In this document: positions 47,862 to 57,101 of the stretch, in pieces
How the letters are laid out: each line of letters opens with the position of its first letter
Position numbering within the stretch: the stretch's first letter is position 1
IMG/VR virus record: IMGVR_UViG_3300021964_000012
Span: 248,001-312,000 of that record
Reading direction: 5' to 3' (one strand)
DNA length: 64,000 bases
The notes under the pieces: model-generated
The model's input: the letters and a program-made list of their open reading frames with translations, nothing else
Databases searched by the model: none
What the model was told of the DNA's origin: nothing
Program-made: the position numbers and the translations under genes

Positions 47862-50800
47862 TAGCTTGCTACTCCTACACTAACACTGGTTAGTGTTTCG
47901 CCACTTGCTAGTGCTATACGCACAAGTATGTTGTTTCCTGTAGCGTTTGAACTGTTTGCACTTCCTAGTGTCATGGTATAGGCTGCATTTATACTTGTGC
48001 CTGTTGGAATTACATCAGCACCAGTTAAGGCACATCCGTTACTGCCATTACCACCGTTGCCTGTATCAGCACCAGGCACACCAGAACCAGCATATTGAAT
48101 TGTTCCATCAACCCATCCATTTATTGTACTAGCACTATCAATTGCAGTGCCTGGAGAGGCAATCCACAATCCAGTTATTCCAGTACTACTGTTCAAACTG
48201 ATGTCAAAGTTAGCAACAGTTGCCCTTCTAAAGGCAAAAGTAAAATATTGTGTTCCAGATCTACCTGTGTTCAAATCAGGACCTGCTGGCAGATAACCAC
48301 TGCTTAAATCAGTAGTAAAATGACTAAGAGTACCCCAACGCACAACTGCTTCACTTGTACCAGCAATGGTTTCCGCTCCAGTCCACACATTTCCTGTATA
48401 CCAATCTTGATCTGCAAAGGTTGGATTGTCGGCAGCACTTCCTAATCCTTCAATTCTCAAACCATCGTCATCGTACACACTTCCAAGAGAATCACTGACT
48501 GGTATGTTTCCTTCGTCAAATCCTGACAAACTAGCACTATAAATCTGTATGTACTTGTCTGTCACATTAACAATTGAACTAGATCCATTAACATTAAACA
48601 TCTGACTGTCTAGATAGCCGACTGCTCTTGCACTGCCATTTATACTAAGTGTGATGTTTCCTAATTGTTGCGGAGATGCTACTCCAACATCAGCATCAAC
48701 TATGCCAGCAGTAACAAAACTTGGAGTACCGTCGATATCACCATAGGTTTTGGTTTGAGTTCCAATAATACTACCAGTGGTGCTTTCTGCTAAGGTACCA
48801 GTTGTAAATTGTATTGGTTGAGTTGTGTTTCTATATGTTTGTCCTGTGAGATTCGATACTTCTAAACCTGTAATAGTAACTGCCGGAGAGCCTGTATTGT
48901 AATATGGAACTCCTGAAATATATCTATAGGTTCCTGCAGTTTGTTCTGCAATAGTTGCGTTTCCTTGCACAACTGTCGGAACGTCTGTCATGTCATCTTT
49001 AACAAAGTCTACTAGATTAGTATCACCAGCAGTTGTATGACTAAGTTTTGCATCGTTATAACCTACACTTATACCGCTTAGAGCACGTTGCCAACGTGCA
49101 TCAAAAACTTTTGCAAATCCTGTTGGATAGGTACTTGCACTTATTTCATCGTGTGCATCACCATCGTTTACAACTATAAGATCTGTATAGGTACCTGCAG
49201 CATCTCCGTCTGGAGTAAAAGTTACATTACCAGCTTCACTGCCGTTGAACACTGCTGATAAATTTCCTGAAATAGCAGTATTAGCATCAGTAATATTGTT
49301 TGTGTTGATTGTTGTAGTTGTGGTATATCTAGTGACACTACTACCTGCGGAAACTATGTTTCCGCCACTGTTATCAGTTGCATTAGCTGCCAATAATGGA
49401 CTTGTGCCTTGGCTTGCGTCTTGCAAACTAAGAGTCTTTCCGCTTAGTGCAGTTGGTGCAGTCGGGTTTGCATTAATTGTAATATAATTTGTTTTTGTTT
49501 CTGTATCTGTTTGTGCAATACTTACAGGAGTTCCTGATGATGTAAGAACAACTGTAAAACTACTAACAGTTCCATAACTGTTTGTAATATTTGCGGCTCC
49601 TGGTGTTCCTGCACCACTTGTGATGTTTCCTGTGGTATTACCATCACCAAATGTAAAATTTGTTGTTGTAACGTTCTGACTTGTATTTTGAAATGTAACT
49701 AGACCTCTGTCAGTTGTGGACAAGCCTGTTCTATAATCTGTGAACAAATATCCATCTTGTGCAGTATCACCTGTTTTATCACTGGTAATCACTGTTGTTC
49801 CAGTAAAAATACTGCGTATATCTGGTTCAACTGTAATTGTTATATTTCCAGCATTAAAAGGACTGTTGGTGCTTCCGTTTTCTGTGGCTAGTTGTACTTC
49901 AAAAGTTTGTGCAGTTCCGCTTGATTGGTTTCCGCTGTCTAATGCAAAAGTATGATTGATTGGTGTACCAGGGTTACCCGCAACACCAGTTTGAATATTT
50001 ACAGCATTAACGTTTCCGTCACCCCAGGTCCAACGATATTTTTGTTGTGAGCCAAATACTGCGGTTGTTCCCGGATCTGTTGCAGTACTGTTTGTAAATT
50101 GTACTACACCACCTGATGTAGCTTCTTCATTAACCACTGTTGTTACGTTAGCACTTGACAATGAAGTATGATCACTGAAAACGTCTACAACACCTGGCGA
50201 GCTATACACAGTAACTGGACTAGGCCCAGCAGTATTTGATGTTCCTGCTAACACAATTGAATACTGTGCATCTCCACCTGCGTTGGTATAGGTATTGGTA
50301 AGTGTTGTCCACCCAAGACTTGGATTAACATTTGCGGCACCGTCACCCCAATCCAGTTCGTAACTAGAAGTAACATTGGTAGATGTGTTGGTAATTTCAG
50401 CGGCAGTTCCGCTATCTATAGTGCTATCAGTTATTGTAAAACTTGGTGCAGGCGTAGGTGTGTAAAGTGTTATATAATTTGTACGAGTCTTTGAATCAAC
50501 AGATCCTTTTGCACCTAAACTTACATTGCCTTCGTAGGTTCCATCTGGATTGAAAGCAGTAAAAGTTACAGTAAATTGTCCACCATCTGTGTTAGCATAG
50601 GTATTTGTTGGATTTTGTGATGTACTGGTGTTGCCGTCTCCAAAATCCCAAAGATATGAGGTCGCATTTCCAATAAATGTTCCAGTGAAATCAACGTCCA
50701 TTGGACTAGGACCAGCCAATGGTGTTCCTGTGAAATCTGCTTGTCCAACAAAGGTGCCGTTAGCAATATTTAAACTAACTTGATTTAGATCATCTAATCC

Positions 50801-51247
50801 ATCAGTGACAACTGTGTTTGCTGTCCAGCCATCGTAGGCAACATTTGATGTTAGGTCACCATCTGTTGGCGTACCAATTTGTATAGTATTACCAAGCAGA
50901 GCATCTACGTTTGCACTATCAACCCAACTTAATGATCCTGAACCATCTGTTGATAGTATTTGTCCTGATGTGCCTCCAGTTAATATAACTGCACTGTTTG
51001 CACCAAGATTAACATTACTTCCACTGAGATCTAGATTACCTTCAGCACTGATAGCATTTCCTGCAATCGAAATATTTGCAATATTACTGCTTCCAGCTAC
51101 GTCTAGTGTAACTGTTGGTGTATTACTACCTATACCAACTCGATTGTTAGTAACATCCACAAAGAAAGTGTTTGTGTCAATGGCTAGGTTAGCAGTTCTT
51201 TCTAAATTATCTGCGAGTGCTTTACCAGAGACTCTTGCAATTGCCAT
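47861..51247 (-). CDS. PKD/Ig-like repeat structural protein (1128 aa)
   Basis: WDFGDGN, LDWGDGA, WTWGDGN, FTFGDGN: four PKD-type signatures; ATAAATA at 51279..51273. Confidence 0.8.
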   Translation of the reverse strand: MAIARVSGKALADNLERTANLAIDTNTFFVDVTNNRVGIGSNTPTVTLDVAGSSNIANISIAGNAISAEGNLDLSGSNVNLGANSAVILTGGTSGQILSTDGSGSLSWVDSANVDALLGNTIQIGTPTDGDLTSNVAYDGWTANTVVTDGLDDLNQVSLNIANGTFVGQADFTGTPLAGPSPMDVDFTGTFIGNATSYLWDFGDGNTSTSQNPTNTYANTDGGQFTVTFTAFNPDGTYEGNVSLGAKGSVDSKTRTNYITLYTPTPAPSFTITDSTIDSGTAAEITNTSTNVTSSYELDWGDGAANVNPSLGWTTLTNTYTNAGGDAQYSIVLAGTSNTAGPSPVTVYSSPGVVDVFSDHTSLSSANVTTVVNEEATSGGVVQFTNSTATDPGTTAVFGSQQKYRWTWGDGNVNAVNIQTGVAGNPGTPINHTFALDSGNQSSGTAQTFEVQLATENGSTNSPFNAGNITITVEPDIRSIFTGTTVITSDKTGDTAQDGYLFTDYRTGLSTTDRGLVTFQNTSQNVTTTNFTFGDGNTTGNITSGAGTPGAANITNSYGTVSSFTVVLTSSGTPVSIAQTDTETKTNYITINANPTAPTALSGKTLSLQDASQGTSPLLAANATDNSGGNIVSAGSSVTRYTTTTTINTNNITDANTAISGNLSAVFNGSEAGNVTFTPDGDAAGTYTDLIVVNDGDAHDEISASTYPTGFAKVFDARWQRALSGISVGYNDAKLSHTTAGDTNLVDFVKDDMTDVPTVVQGNATIAEQTAGTYRYISGVPYYNTGSPAVTITGLEVSNLTGQTYRNTTQPIQFTTGTLAESTTGSIIGTQTKTYGDIDGTPSFVTAGIVDADVGVASPQQLGNITLSINGSARAVGYLDSQMFNVNGSSSIVNVTDKYIQIYSASLSGFDEGNIPVSDSLGSVYDDDGLRIEGLGSAADNPTFADQDWYTGNVWTGAETIAGTSEAVVRWGTLSHFTTDLSSGYLPAGPDLNTGRSGTQYFTFAFRRATVANFDISLNSSTGITGLWIASPGTAIDSASTINGWVDGTIQYAGSGVPGADTGNGGNGSNGCALTGADVIPTGTSINAAYTMTLGSANSSNATGNNILVRIALASGETLTSVSVGVAS

Positions 51248-51286
51248 CTATTAATTTCCTTAAACTTTGCAGTATTTATCGCACTG

Positions 51287-51700
51287 TTAAGGTGTGTTGC
51301 CGAGTCCGTGAATTACGTTGATTGGTTCATTAAGTAAAGGAGCTTCTGTAAAAGTAATGTCATTTCCGCCACCGGTAATGCTGTAGGTAGATGGTTGTTG
51401 ATATATATTTGAAATGAACACAATAGCTTGATCAGCGGCACTTACACTTGTGCTGAGAGTAAATGAAAGTGTACTATTATCACCTGTAAAGTTATCAACA
51501 GTAATATCAGCTTCACCACTTTTTGCAACTTGTTGAAACACAGTGCCGTCAAAATATTCCATACTTCCTGTACTGGTATTATATCTAAATACTCCAAATA
51601 CAGGATCATTTGGTCGCTCGGCAGTAGCACCAAAAGGAATTCTGATGCTAGAGGAACCTGAAGGGATTTCTCTATTTTTTAGAAAAACTCCGGTTGCCAT
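51287..51700 (-). CDS. Small structural protein
   Basis: Consists almost entirely of the GATAERP..GVFRYN and FTGDNST..FTL..TFTEAP modules. Confidence 0.7.
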   Translation of the reverse strand: MATGVFLKNREIPSGSSSIRIPFGATAERPNDPVFGVFRYNTSTGSMEYFDGTVFQQVAKSGEADITVDNFTGDNSTLSFTLSTSVSAADQAIVFISNIYQQPSTYSITGGGNDITFTEAPLLNEPINVIHGLGNTP

Positions 51701-51701
51701 A

Positions 51702-52016
51702 TTAGATACTCGTAAATGAAGTTACAGAATTTACTCCACTTGCAACGTTTGCAGTAACTTGTACAGTATCTCCGTTTTCGAGTAAAAGTTTTTCTCCACC
51801 CGAGTACAATTGATAAGAATCAGTTGCTGCAATGTCTAGAGTCTTTGCTACTAAGTTTATGTTACCAACACTGTCGCCACTTGGAACGATGTGTATATCG
51901 ACGTTTACTGCGGCTGCGGTTGCATTTGTTAATGCAAGATAGGTAATTGCAGTATTATTGGTACTTGTATATACTGTTGTTGCACTGTTACTAACGTTTG
52001 CGGTTTGTATTGCCAT
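51702..52016 (-). CDS. Small beta-rich structural protein
   Basis: 104 aa; LLLENGDTVQV motif; AAGGA SD. Confidence 0.65.
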   Translation of the reverse strand: MAIQTANVSNSATTVYTSTNNTAITYLALTNATAAAVNVDIHIVPSGDSVGNINLVAKTLDIAATDSYQLYSGGEKLLLENGDTVQVTANVASGVNSVTSFTSI

Positions 52017-52025
52017 TTTAGTTCC

Positions 52026-52667
52026 TTAAAATATAATTCCAAAAACAATTGCTTTGCTTTTGCTTACTAGTTCATCTGCAGTTGATCCATCTACAAAATA
52101 AACACCTGTTCCGCCACTGCCTGCTACGTTTCCGTAAAGTACGGTAGTATTTGCAACTGAACCAGGAGTTGCAGTGTCTGCTAATTGTAAACCTGCAGTA
52201 AGATTAACGTTTCCTGCAATATTTAATTGATTGGTATCAGTAAATGTTAAATTTGCACTTGCACCAAAGTTTCCTTCATTGTTGAATTGTACTTGTGTGT
52301 TTGCTCCTGCAACACTTCCTGCTGCAGCAGTTCCAATTTCATCCCACGTACCTGTTTCACCAGTTTCGCTAGTGCTGGTACTTAATTCCCATTTGTTATC
52401 TGTTGTATTATATCTAATACCTGCAAAAGTTGATGCAGTTTTATGAGTAAGTAAACCTGCATTACTAGCATATGTTGCGGTATTACTACTATTAGTTACA
52501 ATAAACGGATCTTTAACATCAAGTACTTCAGTGTTAATATAGGTTATATTTCCACTTACAACTAGGTTTCCATCAACTTCCATCGTATTGGTATTGATGT
52601 ACACCCTATCTGCAGTGTTTATGGTTTCAATGTAGTAATCGCCGTCGATTCTTTTTTTAGTATTCAT
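52026..52667 (-). CDS. Putative fibre-associated structural protein
   Basis: 213 aa, beta-repeat composition, AGSVAGANTQVQFNNEG motif. Confidence 0.65.
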   Translation of the reverse strand: MNTKKRIDGDYYIETINTADRVYINTNTMEVDGNLVVSGNITYINTEVLDVKDPFIVTNSSNTATYASNAGLLTHKTASTFAGIRYNTTDNKWELSTSTSETGETGTWDEIGTAAAGSVAGANTQVQFNNEGNFGASANLTFTDTNQLNIAGNVNLTAGLQLADTATPGSVANTTVLYGNVAGSGGTGVYFVDGSTADELVSKSKAIVFGIIF

Positions 52668-53251
52668 AATGGACCTCTACGTGTATTTACCATTTCAAGA
52701 AACTTGTCCATTGACTGAATATTCATATTAGGCAAACTGTTAAATTGTTTTACAAAAGCACTTTCGGGTCCTTCAATTCTTGTAAAATTTACATTATCAA
52801 ATTCTTTTGCAAGTTCTAGCAGTTGCCTTACCCAGTTTCCCGAAAATGTAGGAGGCTCTAGTTGTTTTTTGTAAAATTCTGTGTCTACATACACATTGTT
52901 AAACATACCATTGGTTGTTCCAAGATCAAATCCTACTAGAAATATTTCAGTATGACCATCAAGACATGCAAGTGCAGTTGCATTTGGACCGCTACTATAT
53001 CCTTTGTATTTGTTTTGTAAAGGTTGAGCACCTAAACCTGGAATTGGTTTTCGTGTATGAAATCGATACTGTTTTGAATAACCACTGTTTTGTATTGCTT
53101 CAGCAATTGGTCTATCAGTGGCAACTAAACAATCAGGAACAAATGTACGGTACAATGCATTGCAACCATAGATTTTTCCTTGAGACTTCAAAACGTTAAG
53201 ATCAACAACAAGTCGACTTTTACCATTTCCAATTATAAATGCAGTACTCAT
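52664..53251 (-). CDS. CstII/Maf (DUF115)-fold glycosyltransferase-like protein
   Basis: AFIIGNGKSR..D...YGCNALY..PD.LVATD and SSG..A..LA...GH.EIFLVGFD align by eye with Campylobacter CstII IIAGNGPS...FRCNQFY and TSG...GYKEIYLSGID. Confidence 0.65.
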   Translation of the reverse strand: MSTAFIIGNGKSRLVVDLNVLKSQGKIYGCNALYRTFVPDCLVATDRPIAEAIQNSGYSKQYRFHTRKPIPGLGAQPLQNKYKGYSSGPNATALACLDGHTEIFLVGFDLGTTNGMFNNVYVDTEFYKKQLEPPTFSGNWVRQLLELAKEFDNVNFTRIEGPESAFVKQFNSLPNMNIQSMDKFLEMVNTRRGPL

Positions 53252-53288
53252 AAAAAACCCTCACTGTACTTAATACAGTAAGGGTTTT
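53252..53288 (-). terminator. Terminator-like hairpin containing a late promoter and the SD of the next gene
   Basis: 15-bp stem AAAACCCTTACTGTA-TTAAG-TACAGTGAGGGTTTT then TT-ATG; TAAGTA spans the loop. Confidence 0.65.
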
Positions 53289-53307
53289 GGTAGTTAAAAA
53301 GTATCTA

Positions 53308-54000
53308 TTAACCTAATGAGGCGTTCTCAACTTGTACTAGATCCATGGTTGCAGGAGAAGCAGAACTACCTGATCCACCAACAGCAACTGTGTCATCTAG
53401 AATGTTAAAAAAGTTAATCAATCTTACATTACCACTGAAGTCCACTGAACGTCTACCGCCCATTAGTCTTTCAATACGTACTGCACTTGAACCTTCGTCT
53501 GTGTATGTTATAGTCATACTACCTGTTGATAAAGCAGCATCAGCTTCGTTTGCAAGTGTACAAATTCCACACTCAGCAGCCGTACCTGAAGTACCGGCAC
53601 CAGCGGCTGCAGTTACAGTAAAAATATGTCCTGCGGCAATTGTTCCTTTACCTGCACCCATTGCTTCCCAGTCGGTATCACCAACTGAAACCACTCTTAG
53701 TACACTGCCAACCACTGCATTTGCAGGGTCAATAGCGGCAGCATCTAATCTTGATACTTGGTACTTTCTTGCACCTTTTTGCTTGATTATAAAACCATCA
53801 CCTTCGGTTGTTACACTTCCACCAGTTGGTCGAATACGACATGTCATTACTGGAAATGTGTAGTCACTGGTGTTAGGATTTCCACCTACTGCACCATAGA
53901 ATAATTCACCAGAAGGTGTTCTTGCGGCACTGTCGTCTCCTGGATTGTTAAAACCAGCATCCTGTGTATCAGATATTTTTATTTTAAGAGGTCTACCCAT
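53308..54000 (-). CDS. Putative capsid-associated (decoration/vertex) protein
   Basis: Directly downstream of gp23 with its own late promoter and AAGGAG SD; function inferred from position only. Confidence 0.5.
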   Translation of the reverse strand: MGRPLKIKISDTQDAGFNNPGDDSAARTPSGELFYGAVGGNPNTSDYTFPVMTCRIRPTGGSVTTEGDGFIIKQKGARKYQVSRLDAAAIDPANAVVGSVLRVVSVGDTDWEAMGAGKGTIAAGHIFTVTAAAGAGTSGTAAECGICTLANEADAALSTGSMTITYTDEGSSAVRIERLMGGRRSVDFSGNVRLINFFNILDDTVAVGGSGSSASPATMDLVQVENASLG

Positions 54001-54078
54001 TTGTTTTCTCCTTTCAAAAAGTTGGCGTTCTAGGCCTACGCGGTTTTGTCCGCATAAAACACTTAATTGTGTTAATAG

Positions 54079-54119
54079 TATTTATGGTCAAAAAAATAGC
54101 ACCCAAAGGTGCTATTTTT
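54079..54119 (-). terminator. Terminator plus late promoter cassette, copy 2 (after gp23)
   Basis: 30 nt (54088..54117) identical to 40538..40567; ATAAATA at 54085..54079. Confidence 0.85.
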
Positions 54120-54139
54120 AATAAAGTTTTCAGTGTATA

Positions 54140-55342
54140 TTATGAGAATGATAAGTTCTGAACTGCAATCTCACCTACATAGTCACCGGCATTTCCAAAT
54201 GAACTTGCAGTGTTTGATAACTCGATATATCCATATCTAGTCATAAAACTTACTACTGGCTCAAATGATGTCGGATCTAGTACAACACCTGAACTCATTA
54301 GCGGTACGTATGGGCAGTAGAAAGCTGGAGCGTCTGTTTCAGATGCACCTTTGTATCCTACTAATACTGCTTGAGTGTCAGCTGCATATGAATCACAGAA
54401 TACTCTCATTGTACCGTTTAATGTACCTACAAACTTTGTGTTTGTTGGTGCTTCAAAAGTACCTTCTGTAGTTCTAGCAAATGCTGAAGTTGTAGCTGAT
54501 TGTAACACTGTTAATGAAGCTGGAGAAACAACTGCATAGTTACCTGCACCACGTCTTGTACGTTGTGCAATTAAGTTAGCTGTTCTGTTGATCAATACTG
54601 CTAAAGCGGCATGCTCATCACCAACGAAAGTAGCAGTACCTGATACTGCAGCCTGGTTGTATGTGAACTCAGTTGCGGCTAATGTACGTAGAGATAATAG
54701 AATCTCTTGATCGATTTCTGCAGTAATCTCTTGAGCTAATGCTGCCATGATTTCTGCTTCTACGTCGATACCGTGCATTGCTTGTGCATCTTGAGCTGCT
54801 TCAAAAGTCCAACGTGCTTGTAACTTACGTGTCTTTGCTTCTACAGCTTGCTTTAAGATTTGAACAGAAATATTTCTTCCGCCTAATCCTTCCATAGCTG
54901 CTGTTGCACTTCCACCGTAACCAGTTGCGGCTGATGCTGCACCAGTTCCGTTAGCACCTGAATATGCAGTTGCAATTTTGAATGGTGATAATGCTTCATC
55001 GCCAGCTGCTGTTGGAGTAGCGGCTGCTGAAGTATCTGCCATTGCTGTTGCATAACGTACTCTTAGTGTATGGATTTGACCAACTGGTCCAGTCATAGGC
55101 TGAACACCAACTAATTCGTTGGCTATAACAGTTGGCATAACACGTCTGATAACAGGCAAAATAACTCTGTTAAGAGTTGCAATGTTACCTGATGCAGTTG
55201 AACCCGCAGTTGCGTTTTCATTTAAGTGTTTGCGAGTGTTTTCTAATATAACACCCATTGTTGAGCGACGAGCACCTTGTAATCCTTCTAGGAGGGCTTC
55301 TTTGGTCTCACCCCAACGGCTTTCTAGTAGTTCTTGTGACAT
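54140..55342 (-). CDS. gp23: Major capsid protein, T4 gp23-like
   Basis: GVQPMTGPVGQIHTLR, VEAKTRKLQARWTFEAAQD, EIDQEI, AFYCPYVPL, FMTRYG. Confidence 0.97.
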   Translation of the reverse strand: MSQELLESRWGETKEALLEGLQGARRSTMGVILENTRKHLNENATAGSTASGNIATLNRVILPVIRRVMPTVIANELVGVQPMTGPVGQIHTLRVRYATAMADTSAAATPTAAGDEALSPFKIATAYSGANGTGAASAATGYGGSATAAMEGLGGRNISVQILKQAVEAKTRKLQARWTFEAAQDAQAMHGIDVEAEIMAALAQEITAEIDQEILLSLRTLAATEFTYNQAAVSGTATFVGDEHAALAVLINRTANLIAQRTRRGAGNYAVVSPASLTVLQSATTSAFARTTEGTFEAPTNTKFVGTLNGTMRVFCDSYAADTQAVLVGYKGASETDAPAFYCPYVPLMSSGVVLDPTSFEPVVSFMTRYGYIELSNTASSFGNAGDYVGEIAVQNLSFS

Positions 55343-55361
55343 TAAATGTCTCCTTTTTTAG

Positions 55362-56444
55362 TTAAAGCCCTGCTAGGCGTTTCAAGGCAATGACGTTTGA
55401 ATCGTCATCTGCTTTATCGACAACCTTTGCAGTTTTATTACCAGTTTGTTCAGTTAAACTTGCAGCCTTTTTAGTTGCTTTGGTTTCGCTCAACACTGCT
55501 GGCAAATATTTTTCAAAAGCGTTCTTCAATCGAGATGTCTGAACGTTTTCAAGTAAGTTAGTCATAATTTCTCTCTTCTCATCATTGAGAGGAGATAGAA
55601 GCTCGTCCAATGTAGCATCACGCTCATTGGCTTCTTTTATAACTTTGATTTCGTTATTTTTGCTTTCAACAAGTGCTTTCGCCTTGTCTTTAACAGCAAT
55701 GGCTTCTGCCAACTGTTTATCTTTTTCTACAATAGTTGCATTAAGTTTACGTACTTCTTCATTTTCATTTAAATGTGTAGCACCAAACTCAGTTGCATAT
55801 GCTTCGAAGATTCGACGACCAAAATTGTTCTCACGAGCAATTTTAATGTCTTCTTTAAGTTGACCCATTTCAGCCTTAAGATGCGTAGATACAGTTGAAG
55901 CCATCTTCTTAGCAGATTCTTTTATGAACTTGCTCTTTAGATTATCAAGTTTATTGCGTGCTTGTGAAACAAGTCTTACTTTAGTTTCCACTAAGTCTTT
56001 CTTGTCAGCAGCAAATTCTTTGATTTCTTCAGCTAAAGCACCAACAACAAATTTTTCTAATTTTTCAAAACCTGTTTTTGATACCTTACGATCTGTGCGT
56101 AGTTCTTTTAACTCTTCTGAAAGTTGTTTAACTAAAAAGCCGTTAAACTTATCAGCATTTTCTTTCATCTTGTTATGAAACTTAACACGATCTTCAGCTA
56201 ATGCTTTCTTCTCTTCGTTAAGAGCTGATATTTCATTAGCTAAGCCTTCTGTAACCATTTTATCTAGGGCTTCTACCATCACAGTTTTGTCATGCTCATA
56301 GCGTTGTGCAAACTCCTCACGAAGTTCAGCACGCACTGTCTCTTTGGCCTCGACCATTTTTGCTTCCCATTGTTCAGCAATAGCAGTACGAGTGTCCTCA
56401 TTGACGAGATCGCTATCTAATAGTGGTTTAATAGCATCTAACAT
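55362..56444 (-). CDS. gp22: Prohead core scaffold, gp22-like
   Basis: Coiled-coil 360-aa protein between protease and capsid genes; ends ALKRLAGL. Confidence 0.85.
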   Translation of the reverse strand: MLDAIKPLLDSDLVNEDTRTAIAEQWEAKMVEAKETVRAELREEFAQRYEHDKTVMVEALDKMVTEGLANEISALNEEKKALAEDRVKFHNKMKENADKFNGFLVKQLSEELKELRTDRKVSKTGFEKLEKFVVGALAEEIKEFAADKKDLVETKVRLVSQARNKLDNLKSKFIKESAKKMASTVSTHLKAEMGQLKEDIKIARENNFGRRIFEAYATEFGATHLNENEEVRKLNATIVEKDKQLAEAIAVKDKAKALVESKNNEIKVIKEANERDATLDELLSPLNDEKREIMTNLLENVQTSRLKNAFEKYLPAVLSETKATKKAASLTEQTGNKTAKVVDKADDDSNVIALKRLAGL

Positions 56445-56453
56445 GCGATTCTC

Positions 56454-57080
56454 CTAAATTTTTAGGTCTCTGATAAGACGAGAAACTTCGTCTTTCAGGT
56501 ACTTTTGTATTTTGCCGTCTTTCCCAGACTCACGAGCCATTTCTAAAATGTGATGCCCATGTTTCATGTTCATCAGTCCTTCATAAATTGCTTTTGGATA
56601 AGCATTTGGAGCACTGGGTTGTGCGACCACGTCTACAGTGACTATTTCAAAGTCACTGACACGTCCGTTATGTGGATCAACGTTACCTGATCCACGACTC
56701 GAGACGCCCAATCTCACACCGGATTGCAACATTGTTTTAACTAGTTGCCCCATTGGAGTTGGGAGAATTTTTAGTTTTCCATAACCATTAGGTCCGTCCA
56801 TCCACATGCGTTCAATCATGTGACATACACGGTCTAAATTAATCTTAAGGTCATCTGGATGATCTACTTCGCCAAGAACGCTTGTTGTTTTAATTTGTTC
56901 ATTCAGTGTATCAACTGCTTCTGCAATTTGACTCACTGGATAGATACGTTCATTGGCATTTTTCACGTCACCTTGTATGCAGATGCCTTCCATATAGAGG
57001 TCCTTACCATCTTTGCCTTCAACAATGTTGATTTTTGCGGCTTCAAAAGTAAGTTCCTCTTTAAGGTATAGCTGTCCCAT
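56454..57080 (-). CDS. gp21: Prohead protease, gp21-like
   Basis: KNANERIYP, GEVDHP (catalytic His), GVSSRGSG (catalytic Ser). Confidence 0.93.
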   Translation of the reverse strand: MGQLYLKEELTFEAAKINIVEGKDGKDLYMEGICIQGDVKNANERIYPVSQIAEAVDTLNEQIKTTSVLGEVDHPDDLKINLDRVCHMIERMWMDGPNGYGKLKILPTPMGQLVKTMLQSGVRLGVSSRGSGNVDPHNGRVSDFEIVTVDVVAQPSAPNAYPKAIYEGLMNMKHGHHILEMARESGKDGKIQKYLKDEVSRLIRDLKI

Positions 57081-57101
57081 GTACGTGATTCCTAGTCTAG
57101 A

